DNA from: an uncultured Actinomycetes bacterium
Lineage (GTDB): Bacteria; Actinomycetota; Thermoleophilia; Gaiellales; Gaiellaceae
Reading direction: 5' to 3'
NCBI GenBank assembly: GCA_963702785.1
Contig: CAVPDV010000002.1
Location: 12,505-76,504, forward strand
DNA length: 64,000 nucleotides
Below are positions 1 to 10,118 of the stretch, piece by piece (the first letter of the stretch is position 1; every line of letters starts with the position of its first letter). The notes under the pieces are model-generated. The model was not told where the DNA came from. It searched no databases and worked only from the letters and a program-made list of their open reading frames with translations. Made by a program: the position numbers and the translations under genes.

Positions 1-332
1 CGTCGCGCGCGCCGCCGACCGGCTGCGGCCGGCGGTCGAGCGGATCGAGTTCCAGGAGCCGGTCGCGCCGTTCATGTCGACGGTGACCGCGCGGCTCGAG
101 GACGGCGCAGCGGATGGGCCCGCTGCTCGTCGACCAGCTGACGGCGCCGGTGCGGTTCACGCAGGCGGCGTCGCGAGCTCGTCGCGCGAGGGCGTGACGC
201 ACCTTCGTCGAGGTCGGGCCGGGCAACGTGCTCTCCGGGCTCGTGAAGCGGATCGACCGCAGCGTGAAGGCGATCTCGGTCAACGATCTCGCCGCGCTCG
301 ACAAGCTCGACGAAGCGCTCGCCGCCGAGCAC

Positions 333-335
<3 letters not shown>
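1..335 (+). pseudogene. fabD: malonyl CoA-ACP transacylase, C-terminal part (runs off window start; needs frame changes as sequenced)
   Basis: Pieces STVTARLEDG, LLVDQLTAPVRFTQAA and [32 protein letters not shown] resemble the FabD C-terminus but lie in different frames. The gene sits directly upstream of fabG-fabF. A possible GTGA stop/start overlap is at 333-336. Confidence 0.65.
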
Positions 336-1060
<725 letters not shown>

Positions 1061-1064
<4 letters not shown>

Positions 1065-2345
1065 GCGGCGAGAACGGAAGCACGCAACGGGAGGCGGCGG
1101 GTCGTGATCACCGGGCTCGGGGCGGTCACGCCGCTCGGCAACGACGTCGCGACGACGTGGGACGAGCCTGATCGCCGGGCGAGTCCGGCGCGGGCCCGAT
1201 CACGCAGTTCGACGCCGACCGACTACCCGGTCACGTTCGCGTGCGAGGTGAAGGACTTCGAGCCGACCGACTGGATCGACCGCAAGCAGGCGCGGCGGAT
1301 GGACCGCTTCGCGCAGATGGTCGTCGCCGCGGCGCGGCAGGCCGAGCAGGACTCCGGGCTCGACATCGGCGCCGAGGCCGACCGGGTCGGCGCCTCGATC
1401 GCGACCGGCATCGGCGGGCTCGACGTCGTTCCAGGACTGCTACGACACGCTGCGCGACCGCGGCCCCGACCGCGTCAGCCCGTTCTCGATCCCGGCGATC
1501 ATCCCGAACATGGGCGCCGGCTGGGTCTCGATCGAGCTCGGCACGAAGGGCCCGCTCGCGTCGCAGTGCACGGCCTGCGCGGCGTCGAACATGGCGATCG
1601 GCGACGGGCCTGGACGCGATCCGGCTCGGCCGCGCCGACGTGATGTTCTGCGGCGGCACCGAGGCGCGCGATCACCAAGGTCGGCGATCGCCGGCTTCGC
1701 CGCGATGCGCGCGCTCTCGCGGCGCAACGACGATCCCGACGCGCGCGACGCGGCCGTTCGACGCCGACCGCGACGGCTTCGTGATGGGCGAGGCCGGCGC
1801 GGTGCTCGTGCTCGAGGAGCTCGAGCACGCGAAGGCGCGCGGCGCGAAGATCTACGCCGAGCTGCCGGCTACGGCGTCTCGGCCGACGCGCGCGCACATC
1901 ACCGAGCCCGACCCGACCGGGCAGAGCCCGGCGCGCGCGATGAGGATGGCGCTCGCGGACGCCGGCGTCGACGCCGGACCGAGATCGACTACATCAACGC
2001 GCACGGGACCTCGACGCCGCTCGGCGACGCGAGCGAGACGCGCGTGATCAAGCTCGCGCTCGGCGAGGAGCACGCGCACAGGATCCCGGTCTCCGTCGAC
2101 GAAGGGCGCGACCGGGCACTGCCTCGGCGCCGCCGGCGCGGTCGAGGCGATCTTCTCGACGCTCGCGCATCCGCGAGGGCGTCGCTGCCGCCGACGATCA
2201 ACTTCGAGGTCGCCGACCCCGACTGCGACCTCGACTACATCCCGAACGAGGCGCGCGAGGCCGACGTGCGCGTCGCGGTGTCGAACTCGTTCGGCTTCGG
2301 CGGCCACAACGCGTACGATCGTGCTGCGCCGCTTCGAGCGGCTGA
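1061..2345 (+). pseudogene. fabF: 3-oxoacyl-ACP synthase II, multiple frame changes as sequenced
   Basis: Motifs VITGLGAVTPLGNDV, KDFEPTDWIDRKQARRMDRFAQMVVAAARQA, IPNMGAGWVSIELGTKGPLASQCTACAAS, FDADRDGFVMGEAGAVLVLEELEHAKARGAKIYAEL, IDYINAHGTSTPLGD and SNSFGFGGHNA are found in at least five separate ORF pieces. Start and stop are approximate. Confidence 0.8.
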
Positions 2346-2413
2346 GGTGTCGTTTTGCGAGCCGGCCGTGCAACTGTTGGCGGTGTCAGACGCCAGACTC
2401 CTAGGCTTGTCCT

Positions 2414-2977
2414 GTGGACGAACTGGTCGCGGGCGCCGTTCGCCGCGGGCTCGGCCGCTGGACCCTTTCCGTCCCCTGGGGCGCGCCCGCGCAGTTGACC
2501 GCTCCTACGTGGGATGCCGCTACGACGTTGGTGGAGCGCGTACTCGAGTCGCATCGCGAGTGGATTGCGGGCGGAGCTGGGGCGGTCAGTGTCCGCCGGG
2601 CTCTGCGCCTCGATCCGCACCGTGTCTCCGAGGTCGAGGCGCGGCTTCGCGGTGCGCGAGCTCGTGCGGATGCTCGCCGAGGAGGAGGCGCCGGAGCTCG
2701 GCGTCGAGTACGCGCGGATCGAAGATCCCCTACTAGCGCACGCGCTGGGCCTCCTGCTCGACCCGTGGCACGCTCTCGTTCAACTGGCGGCTCGTGCTCG
2801 CACCGTTCGAGGTGCTCGACTACGTCGTCGTGCACGAGCTCTGCCACCTGCGGCAGCCGAACCACTCGACGCCGCTTCTGGCGGCTCGTCGAGACGCGGC
2901 GCCCCGACTGGCGTGTGCAGCGCGACTGGCTGAACGAGCACGGGCCTGAGCTGCTTGCTTTCCGGCCCACCGCCTAA
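2414..2977 (+). pseudogene. YgjP/DUF45-type zinc metallohydrolase, frame-disrupted
   Basis: [15 protein letters not shown] (HExxH) is followed by [27 protein letters not shown] preceding [15 protein letters not shown] segment lies in another frame. Confidence 0.6.
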
Positions 2978-2986
2978 GAAGTCATT

Positions 2987-3174
2987 TCAGATTGAGCTCC
3001 TGAGTCGGCGGAAGCAGACGAGGCAGCAGCCGAGCGCGAGAAGCGACGGGTGGGGGGGGCGTGCGGCGGGTGTGCGCGGGAGGGGCGGCGGGGTTAGGCG
3101 TGTGCAGATCGAGCAGCCGGCGGCGAAGGCGCTTGCCTGCGAACCGCAGTTCCGGCAGATGTGGGATTCCTCAT
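2987..3174 (-). CDS. possible small zinc-ribbon protein (speculative)
   Basis: The minus-strand reading HICRNCGSQASAFAAGCSICTR (CxxC-N12-CxxC) is followed by a Pro-rich stretch and the hydrophobic tail SLLALGCCLVCF. The nearest ATG (3174) is one frame off. Confidence 0.25.
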
Positions 3175-3357
3175 GGCCCGAGTCAAACACGCCGGCGGTG
3201 AGCTCGGCTGTTCGGGGAGTACGCCTGAGTCCGCCTAGTACATTTGTCGGCCCGTCCTGGTAGACGGCTGGTAGACGGAGAAAGACTGTGGCGTTGCGGG
3301 GCGGCGGCTGTCGGCCGGGTAGCTCGTGGCGGTACAGCCCCTTACTGAACGGTTTGT

Positions 3358-3633
3358 CTAATAGGTGTGCTTGTCCGCGATTTCGGCTACGGTCGGCCCA
3401 CTCTTGATCCTCATTCCGCCGCGCTCGAGCGCGCCAGAGGCGAGCAGCTTCTCCCGAAACGCTTTCGCGTGTTCCACGGAGGGAAAGTCCACCCGGATGA
3501 ATGCTTCGTTTGGATTGTCTACGGCGCGAGAGACAATGTGGGAGGTCGCACCGCTCTCCGCTCGACCTGCGGGATCCTGGTCGAACATCGGCTTCCACGC
3601 GTCGTAGTCGTCCACCTCGAAGTGCATGAGCAT
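3358..3633 (-). CDS. small conserved protein, dimeric alpha/beta-barrel (ABM-like) appearance, function unknown
   Basis: ORF 3358-3672, with likely start at MLMHFEVDDYDAWKPMFDQD. Its composition and length are typical of small ABM/Dabb-like proteins. Local GC is lower than in the flanks. Confidence 0.45.
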   Translation of the reverse strand: MLMHFEVDDYDAWKPMFDQDPAGRAESGATSHIVSRAVDNPNEAFIRVDFPSVEHAKAFREKLLASGALERGGMRIKSGPTVAEIADKHTY

Positions 3634-3723
3634 GATCGCCACCGGAGACTCTCCTCTCCTCAGGCTGCACACGGCAGCTATTGATGAGCGCGATCATCGT
3701 GGATTCGGACGAGTGAATCAAGA

Positions 3724-4574
3724 TCAACCACCAGGGGCAGTTGCGCCCGGTTGGACGAGGCCGCTCTCGTAGGCGAGCACGACGGCTTGCGCGCGGTCGT
3801 GGAGGTCGAGCTTGGCGAAGATGCGGGCGACGTGTGTCTTGATCGCGGCGTCGCCGACGACGAGCTCGCGCGCGATCTCGCGGTTCGAGAGCCCGCGCGC
3901 GATCAAGCGGAGCACCTCGAGCTCGCGCGGAGTGAGCTCAACGAGCGCTGCGGGTTGCTTGCGGGCAGGCGGACGGCGCGCATAGTCCTCGATCAGCCGG
4001 CGCGTGATCGAAGGTGAGAGCAGCGCCTCACCGGCGGCGACGACCCGCACCGCGTGCAGGAGCTCGTCGGCGCCGGCCCGCTCGCGGAGAAGCTTCAGCT
4101 CGCGGCGGCGTCGGCGCAGATCTTGACCTACGAGCCAGGCGACAACGAAGGTCAGCCAGGCGCCGGGACGAACGCCGCTGGTCTGGAATGGGCTCCGGAC
4201 GAAGTCAATGCACACGATCGTGGCCAGGGCAGCAAGGCCCGCGAGCAGCGAAGTGCGGTCGCTGCAGTGTGCGCCGACCCAGTAGAAGGCGAGAAGGAGC
4301 GCGACGTAGGGCTCCAAGGGCCACGAGGCGGTCGGACTGATTAAGAACGAGCCGACAGCAAGAGCGCAGACGATCGTGAAGAGCACCGGCACCGGCGCCC
4401 GCCGTCGTTGGGCGAGCGGGATCGTCATGAGCAGGATCGGCAAGGCGACGAGGCTCGTCCACCCGTCACTCCACCGGGCGGAGGGTTCACCCAGAGCTCA
4501 CGCTCGAACGACGCCGCAACCGCGAGCGCGAGGCCCCAGTCCCCCAATCGATCCACCCGCGCGCGGATGCTCAT
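3724..4574 (-). pseudogene. chimeric gene joining a NarL-type sensor kinase membrane N-terminus to a LuxR-type response-regulator C-terminus (one extra frameshift near 4450)
   Basis: The N-terminal part (MSIRARVDRLGDWGLALAV.., LPILLMTIPLAQRRRAPVPV, LLLAFYWVGAHCSDRTS, WLVGQDLRRRRRELKLLRERA) looks like the transmembrane and pre-DHp region of HisKA_3 kinases. From about nt 4075 it continues as GADELLHAVRVVAAGEALLSPSITRRLIEDYA and ELTPRELEVLRLIARGLSNREIARELVVGDAAIKTHVARIFAKLDL, which is the end of a receiver domain plus a LuxR HTH. No H-box, ATPase domain or phospho-acceptor Asp region is present. Confidence 0.6.
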
Positions 4575-4750
4575 ACCGGGCATGCACTGGGCTTCAGCCG
4601 CTCAGGCATCATCCCGCGAGCTGGTCTCGTCGGCGAAGCCGTAACCCGCACGGGCTACGAGGCAGCCCCGGTGATTCACCCTCGAGCCCTACCGCGAATC
4701 GCAGCCGCGGCTGACGACAACGCCGCCGGGCTGCCCTAGCCTCCGCGGAG

Positions 4751-5379
4751 ATGTCAACCCAAGGAGGCACCGTGAACACACAACCATTCGCACGGGTCGG
4801 CGCAGCCTGCGGGATCGTCTGGCTCCCGGTCGGGCTTGCCCTGGGCGGCGGGAACAACCAGCTCAGGGGCCTCGCGCTGGCGGGGATTGTCCTCCTTCTC
4901 CCCTTCCTCGCCTACCTCTGCAGCCTGCTCCGGCGGGCAGAGGGGGGAGGCGGCTGGCTTGGCGGCGGCGCGTTCGCGGCGGACTCGCCGGGATCACGCT
5001 CAAGCTCGCGAGCATCACGCCGGAGATCGCGATCCACCACTACAACGTCGCCGACGGCACGACGCTCCACAACGGCCTGCAAGGCATCGCCGACGCCGCG
5101 ACCTACATCTGCCTCTTCCCGTTCGCAGTCATGCTCGCGGCGGTCGCGGTCGTCGCTGTCCGCACCCGCGTGCTTCCACGCTGGCTCGGGTACGGCGCCG
5201 GCCTGACCGCGATCGCACTCGCCGTCAACGGCTCCGACAACCTCTACCACTACTCCGGCAACGTCCCGGCGCTGCTGCTCTTCGTGCTCTGGACGTTCGT
5301 CGCAAGCGTGGTCACGCTCCGCAGAACGTGGCGCGAGCCGAAACACGTCGCGCGAGCAAATCCCGCTGCAGCCGCCTGA
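4751..5379 (+). pseudogene. integral membrane protein, unknown function (one frameshift near 4975)
   Basis: ORF 4751-5206 has a hydrophobic N-terminus. After about nt 4975 the plausible reading (LAGITLKLASITPEIAIHHYNVADG..) runs in the frame that continues into ORF 5131-5379 (MLAAVAVVAVRTRVLPRWLGYGAGLTAIALAV..). Confidence 0.45.
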
Positions 5380-5496
5380 CCGAAGACCTGAACCGAGACA
5401 TGGAAGGCCCGCAGTATGCGGGCCTTCTCCTATGGCCGGCTGAGGTCGATTCGGTGCGCCCGCGCGTTATCTGACCAGGCGCAGCTCTCCGGACGA

Positions 5497-5625
5497 GCCA
5501 TCGGCGTGCGCACGGCCAACACGCTTCGGCACGTTTTCGCCTCCGAGCTGCTCTGCGCGGGCGCGAACTTGCGTCAGATCGAGGAGCTCCTCGGCCACAA
5601 GCACCTCGATTCGACGCAGCGCTTA
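5497..5625 (+). mobile_element. tyrosine recombinase (phage-type integrase) C-terminal fragment
   Basis: [33 protein letters not shown] matches the conserved R-H-x-x-A..LLGH..TT box II region of tyrosine recombinases. No N-terminal or catalytic core lies upstream, and the frame decays downstream. Confidence 0.6.
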
Positions 5626-6485
5626 CGAGCTGCGCCGCGGCCAGCAGATGATCGCCACCGGTCACCTGACGCGCGAGGACGCACTCAACGTTGGAGATCG
5701 CCTCACGATCGGCGAAAACCTCGGGATTGTCCGATCAATCGAACCGATTCTTCGAGAGCCCGGGTCACGGCTTGTTGTCCAGCTTCTCCGAGAAAGCCGA
5801 AGCTGAAGTCAACGCAACGACTGCGTAGCGCTCCCTGAGCGTGCGCAATCAGAGGTGATGGCTCGTCACGACGATGAACTCCTGCTCCTTCGGCGGCGCG
5901 GTTCGGGCGGGGGCTTTTCGTGCTCGGGCAGCGTTGTCGGGGGCTCTAGTGTTGGGCGTAGTAGTCGGCGACTGCGTGGAAGGCCTGTTTGGGTTCCCAG
6001 GCCATGTCGGGGTAGGTGGTGCCATGTTGGCTGGCCGTGGGGGAGGGTGCGGACGAGGCTGAGTGAGGTGGCGTCGATGTCGTGGCGGGGGTCGGGGTCG
6101 TAGGGGGCGAGGGGGAAGGTGAAAGTCGACCACGTAGGCGCCGGCGACGCCGATCCGGTCGAGGAGGGCGAGCTGGTCGGCGAGGAGCCGCGCCTGGAGT
6201 GGTTCGTCGCGTTGGTGGATCCAGTGCACGCGGGGCGGAGGTGGCGGCCGATGCCGGGGAGCCGCTGAGCGACGACGCTGATCGTCGTGGCGTTGTGGGG
6301 CAGCTTGAAATCGCGCTGCGGTGGCTACTGGCGGCCCAGGCGGCGAGGTGCTCGCGCGACTGGCCCGAACGGGGTCGGCAAGACGACGATCGTGCGCGCG
6401 CTGGCGAGGCTGCTCGTGCAAGTCGGGACGCGCCATCGGTCCTCGGTGGGGGCAAGAGCCGGACACCTGACGGCGGTAGCTGGAC

Positions 6486-6522
6486 TTGCGCGGCCGCTAT
6501 TCAGTGCTACTATGTACTAGTA
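6486..6522 (+). promoter_or_regulatory. candidate padR promoter (TTGCGC-16 nt-TACTAT) with overlapping palindrome TACTAGTA
   Basis: An AT-rich island sits in GC-rich DNA 36-72 nt upstream of the padR ATG. The -35-like hexamer is at 6486-6491 and the -10-like hexamer at 6508-6513. The perfect 8-bp palindrome is at 6515-6522. Confidence 0.3.
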
Positions 6523-6557
6523 GTCAGTAACACTGGGTACCTAGGAGGAGGTGGTCC

Positions 6558-6887
6558 ATGGGCAAGCAGGTGACGGAGATGCTGAAGGGAACGCTGGAGG
6601 GCATCGTCCTCGCGATCCTGTCCGGCCGGCCCGCGTACGGCTACGAGATCACGGCGTGGCTGCGGGATCAGGGCTTCTCCGACATCGCCGAGGGAACTGT
6701 CTACGCGCTGCTCGTCAGGATCGAGCAGCGCGGCTTCGTCGACGTGGAGAAGGTCCCGTCCGAGAAGGGGCCGCCGCGCAAGGTGTATTCCCTGAACGCT
6801 CAGGGACGGGAGTATCTCGAAGAGTTCTGGAGGACGTGGAGCTTCCTCACGGAACGGCTCGAACAGCTCCACGAAGGAGGCAGATAG
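6558..6887 (+). CDS. PadR family transcriptional regulator
   Basis: LKGTLEGIVLAILSGRPAYGYEITAWLRDQGFSDIAEGTVYALLVRIEQRGFV..PPRKVYSLNAQG is a typical PadR winged helix. An AGGAGGAGG RBS precedes the intact frame. Confidence 0.9.
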   Translation: MGKQVTEMLKGTLEGIVLAILSGRPAYGYEITAWLRDQGFSDIAEGTVYALLVRIEQRGFVDVEKVPSEKGPPRKVYSLNAQGREYLEEFWRTWSFLTERLEQLHEGGR

Positions 6888-6889
6888 AC

Positions 6890-7270
6890 ATGTCCGACAC
6901 AGAAGAGGGCGGCTTCATCTCAAAGGTGATCGGCCCGAAGCGGCGGTGGCGAGCGTACAAGGCGCGCGTCAAGCAGCTTCCCGAGAACTACCGCACGGCG
7001 GTCGACGCGATCGAGCGGTACCTGATGCACTTCGTGCCGACCGACGGCGACAGCGTGGCGTCCGAGTTCGAGGATCTTGCGGATCTGTTCGAACGGGCCG
7101 CGGCGGATGGAACCCCGATCCGCGAGATCGTCGGCGACGACCCCGTGGAGTTCGTGGAGGCGTTTGCTCAGAACTACACGCAGGGCGGGTATGTCCCCGA
7201 TCGGGCGCGGGAACGGCTGATCAGCGCCATCGAGCGCGCCGAAGGGGAAGACGAGGGGACCCGCTCATGA
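6890..7270 (+). CDS. DUF1048 family protein (usual PadR partner)
   Basis: MSDTEEGGFISKVIGPKRRWRAYKARVKQLPENYRTAVDAIERYLMHF.. starts 3 nt after the padR stop. The frame is intact. Confidence 0.75.
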   Translation: MSDTEEGGFISKVIGPKRRWRAYKARVKQLPENYRTAVDAIERYLMHFVPTDGDSVASEFEDLADLFERAAADGTPIREIVGDDPVEFVEAFAQNYTQGGYVPDRARERLISAIERAEGEDEGTRS

Positions 7271-7300
7271 CGGCACAGCCGACCGCGGTCCGCGATCCAC

Positions 7301-8092
7301 GTGCAGGGCCTGGAGAAGTCGTACAAGAAGCTGGAGGTGCTGCGCGGCGTGGACTTCGACGTGGCGCGGGGCAGCATCTTCGCCCTGCTCGGCTCGAACG
7401 GGGCGGGCAAGACCACGGTCGTGAAAATCCTGTCCACGCTGCTCAAGGCCGACGCGGGGACTGCCAGCGTCAACGGCTTCGACGTCGCCACGCAGCCGGC
7501 GAACGTGCGGGAGTCCATCAGCCTCACCGGACAGTTCGCGGCCGTCGACGAGATCCTCAGCGGGCGGGAGAACCTCGTGCTGGTCGCCCGGTTGCGGCAC
7601 CTCAAGGATCCGGGCACGATCGCGGATGACCTGCTCGATCGTTTCTCGCTGACCGACGCGGCCGCGCGGAAGGTGTCGACGTATTCGGGTGGCATGCGCC
7701 GCCGCCTCGACATCGCGATGAGCCTGATCGGGAATCCGCCGGTCATCTTCCTCGACGAGCCGACGACCGGGCTCGACCCCCAGGGGCGCATCGAGGTGTG
7801 GCAGGCCGTCAAGGAACTCGCCGGGCACGGCACGACGGTGCTGCTCACGACGCAGTATCTGGACGAGGCCGAACAACTCGCCGACCGGATCGCGATCCTC
7901 CACGAGGGTCGGATCATCGTGAACGGCACCCTCGCCGAGCTCAAGCAGCTGCTCCCGCCCGCCAAGGTCGAATACATCGAAAAGCAGCCGACCCTCGAGG
8001 ACGTCTTCCTCGCCATCGTCGGTGACGACGGCAAGGACGGCGCGCTGGCAATGGCCGCAGCGTCGGCACGGACGAGTAAGGAACAACGATGA
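7301..8092 (+). CDS. ABC transporter ATP-binding protein (DrrA-like, ABC-2 type exporter)
   Basis: Walker A is GSNGAGKTT, the signature is YSGGMRRRLDIA and Walker B is VIFLDEPTTGLD. The true start may be the ATG at 7267 with a frameshift near 7290 (MTAQPTAV..IHVQGLEKSY). Confidence 0.9.
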   Translation: MQGLEKSYKKLEVLRGVDFDVARGSIFALLGSNGAGKTTVVKILSTLLKADAGTASVNGFDVATQPANVRESISLTGQFAAVDEILSGRENLVLVARLRHLKDPGTIADDLLDRFSLTDAAARKVSTYSGGMRRRLDIAMSLIGNPPVIFLDEPTTGLDPQGRIEVWQAVKELAGHGTTVLLTTQYLDEAEQLADRIAILHEGRIIVNGTLAELKQLLPPAKVEYIEKQPTLEDVFLAIVGDDGKDGALAMAAASARTSKEQR

Positions 8093-8850
8093 CCAAGCAT
8101 TTCTTCGGCGACACCGCCGTCCTGCTGGGACGATCCCTGCGCCACATCACGCGCAGCCCGGACACCATCATCACGACCACGATCATGCCGATCGCCATGC
8201 TGCTGCTGTTCGTCTACGTGTTCGGCGGCGCGATCAACACAGGGTCGGATTCGTATGTGAACTACCTGCTGCCCGGCATTCTGCTCATCACGATTGCCTC
8301 GGGCATCTCCTACACCGCATTCCGGCTCTTCCTGGACATGCAGAGCGGCATCTTCGAGCGATTCCAGTCCATGCCGATCGCACGCTCGTCCGTGCTGTGG
8401 GCGCACGTGCTGACCTCACTGGTCGCCAATCTGATCTCGCTCGTGGTCGTCGTGCTCGTCGCCCTCCTCATGGGCTTCCGCTCGGGGGCGGGAGTGCTGG
8501 CGTGGCTCGCGGTCGCCGGCATCCTGATCCTGTTCACCCTGATGTTGACGTGGATCGCCGTCATCCCCGGTCTCTCCGCGAAGTCCGCGGACGGCGTGAG
8601 CGCGTTCTCCTACCCGCTCATCTTCCTGCCGTTCATCAGCTCGGCATTCGTGCCCACCCACACCATGCCCGGCCCGGTGCGCGCCTTCGCCGAGCACCAG
8701 CCGGTGACGTCGATCGTCAACGCGATCCGCGACCTGTTCACACAGCAGCCGGTCGGCACCGACATCTGGATCGCCCTCGCCTGGTGTGTCGGCATCCTCA
8801 TCGTCGCGTACACCTTCGCCATGGTCACTTACCGCCGCAGGATCTCCTAG
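8089..8850 (+). CDS. ABC-2 type transporter permease (DrrB-like)
   Basis: The 253-aa product has six hydrophobic segments. There is a 4-nt overlap with the ATPase gene, and the frame is intact. Confidence 0.85.
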   Translation: MTKHFFGDTAVLLGRSLRHITRSPDTIITTTIMPIAMLLLFVYVFGGAINTGSDSYVNYLLPGILLITIASGISYTAFRLFLDMQSGIFERFQSMPIARSSVLWAHVLTSLVANLISLVVVVLVALLMGFRSGAGVLAWLAVAGILILFTLMLTWIAVIPGLSAKSADGVSAFSYPLIFLPFISSAFVPTHTMPGPVRAFAEHQPVTSIVNAIRDLFTQQPVGTDIWIALAWCVGILIVAYTFAMVTYRRRIS

Positions 8851-9143
8851 TGCCCACCATTGCCCCGGCGCGGGGCGCACCAACCCCGGCGCTCGAAGGG
8901 AGCGGCCGCATTCGATGAGTTGCTGCACGAAATCGAAGACCGCATCGGGCTTCTCCCGCCTCGTCTGAGGAGCGCCTCGAGCTGCGCGCGTTCGCGCTTT
9001 CGAGGGCGCGCTCGAGCTGACGTGGATGCGTGATTCCGGGTCTGCCTCGGCAGCGACCTCTAGCCGTAACCCGGGCTGCGCCTTCACGCGCCCGGTTCGC
9101 GCAGGAGCGATGGTGTCGCTGTGCGAAGCAGGTCGCTGTCTCC

Positions 9144-9692
9144 TTACAGATGTGCAGTCAGAATGCGGGCGCACTCCTCGGTGCTTGTGCGGGTCGTGTC
9201 CACCACGAGGTCATAGACAACGCCTTTGTGGACTTGCTCCGCTTGGAGCCGTGCCATGCCCACGATCCGGTCGGGACGCTCACCTTCTCGCGCTGCCGCG
9301 ACTTCTGGATCGCAACGCACGCCAACCCAGAGCACTGTGAGGTCGGACAACGCTTCGGCCAGGCGCTCCTGTGAGGCCCGGCCCGCGAGAAATACTTCGT
9401 CGATGATGATTCCGGTTCCGTAGCGCGCGATCGCAGCCAGTCCCTGATACCACGCAGCCTCGGCGCGGCGGAAGTCGGCTCCAACCGTGATCGAGCCATC
9501 AGCCTTGAGGTTGATGGACTGCTGATCCCGAGTGTTCTGGTCCCCGCCGGGAAGCGCCCTGACAAGATCGTCGACGCCGAGGGTCAACCAGTTCGTCCCG
9601 AGAAGGTCTTGAAGGCAACGCGCGAGCGAGGACTTGCCCGAACTGGAGCCGCCGTTGAGGACGATCGCCTCGACACCCACTCTCTCGACCAT
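9144..9692 (-). CDS. chloramphenicol 3-O-phosphotransferase family protein
   Basis: IVLNGGSSSGKSSLARCLQ (P-loop), IIIDEVFLAG, LTVLWVGVRCDPEVAAAREGERPDRIVGMARLQAEQVHKGVVYDLVVDTT are colinear with Streptomyces CPT as I recall it. Confidence 0.85.
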   Translation of the reverse strand: MVERVGVEAIVLNGGSSSGKSSLARCLQDLLGTNWLTLGVDDLVRALPGGDQNTRDQQSINLKADGSITVGADFRRAEAAWYQGLAAIARYGTGIIIDEVFLAGRASQERLAEALSDLTVLWVGVRCDPEVAAAREGERPDRIVGMARLQAEQVHKGVVYDLVVDTTRTSTEECARILTAHL

Positions 9693-10068
9693 ACTTGGGC
9701 CCCTGCCGTCGCTGTCTCATGTAGGCAGCACTCAGCGAAGCGGGAGCCTAGAGAGCGTCGCTGCCGCAGGCCTCGCCGTCTACGTCCTGAGCTCGAAGTA
9801 CGTCAAGGACAGCCGCACTTAAATCGAAGCCAGCAACCTCCGCCTCCATCGCCTCGACGACCCGGAGAATGGCTACCTCTATCTCCGCCGGCGACGTCTT
9901 CACTGGACCAGAGTCGTTTGGGCAGCAGGCGTGGTTCTGCTGCCCAAACTCCCCGTAACTCCCTGGAAACCGACCCGAATCGCGCGAACGTCGCGTCCGG
10001 TGCGCGAGCCCGTCTTTCGGCGCAACCGTGCGGGTTTGAGCGCCGTCGGAACTCGATCCACGGCACGT

Positions 10069-10110
10069 TTGCCATGCAGAAGGTCGTGGGTTCGAGTCCC
10101 ATCATCCGCT
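10069..10110 (+). repeat. tRNA-Gly(GCC) 3'-half-like stub, copy A
   Basis: TTGCCAT GCAGA AGGTC GTGGG TTCGAGT CCCAT CATCCGC T reads as anticodon loop with GCC, 3' anticodon stem, variable loop, T-arm, 3' acceptor strand and discriminator. The preceding 5 nt (CACGT) cannot pair with GCAGA, and no GCGGATG 5' acceptor strand is present. Confidence 0.6.
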
Positions 10111-10118
10111 CTCTAAGA

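Noticed and set aside
6340-6420. P-loop NTPase gene from GPNGVGKTTIVRALARLL
   Set aside because: The motif is isolated, with no Walker B, signature or further ATPase sequence downstream before the stop. It is treated as a fragment within the debris region rather than a gene.
8851-9143. Possible regulator fragment (FDELLHEIEDRIGLLPP / EERLELRAFAL) between the ABC permease and the phosphotransferase
   Set aside because: The protein-like stretches are short, lie in different frames, and have no start, RBS or recognisable domain. They cannot be supported as a feature.
10038-10112. Full-length tRNA (or tRNA pseudogene) including stub A
   Set aside because: GAGCG...CGCTC could pair and a D-like hairpin (CCGTCGG-AACTCGAT-CCACGG) exists. 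But the anticodon stem cannot form (CACGT versus GCAGA), and the 5' acceptor strand GCGGATG is absent. At best it is a badly eroded pseudogene, so I report only the 3' half.
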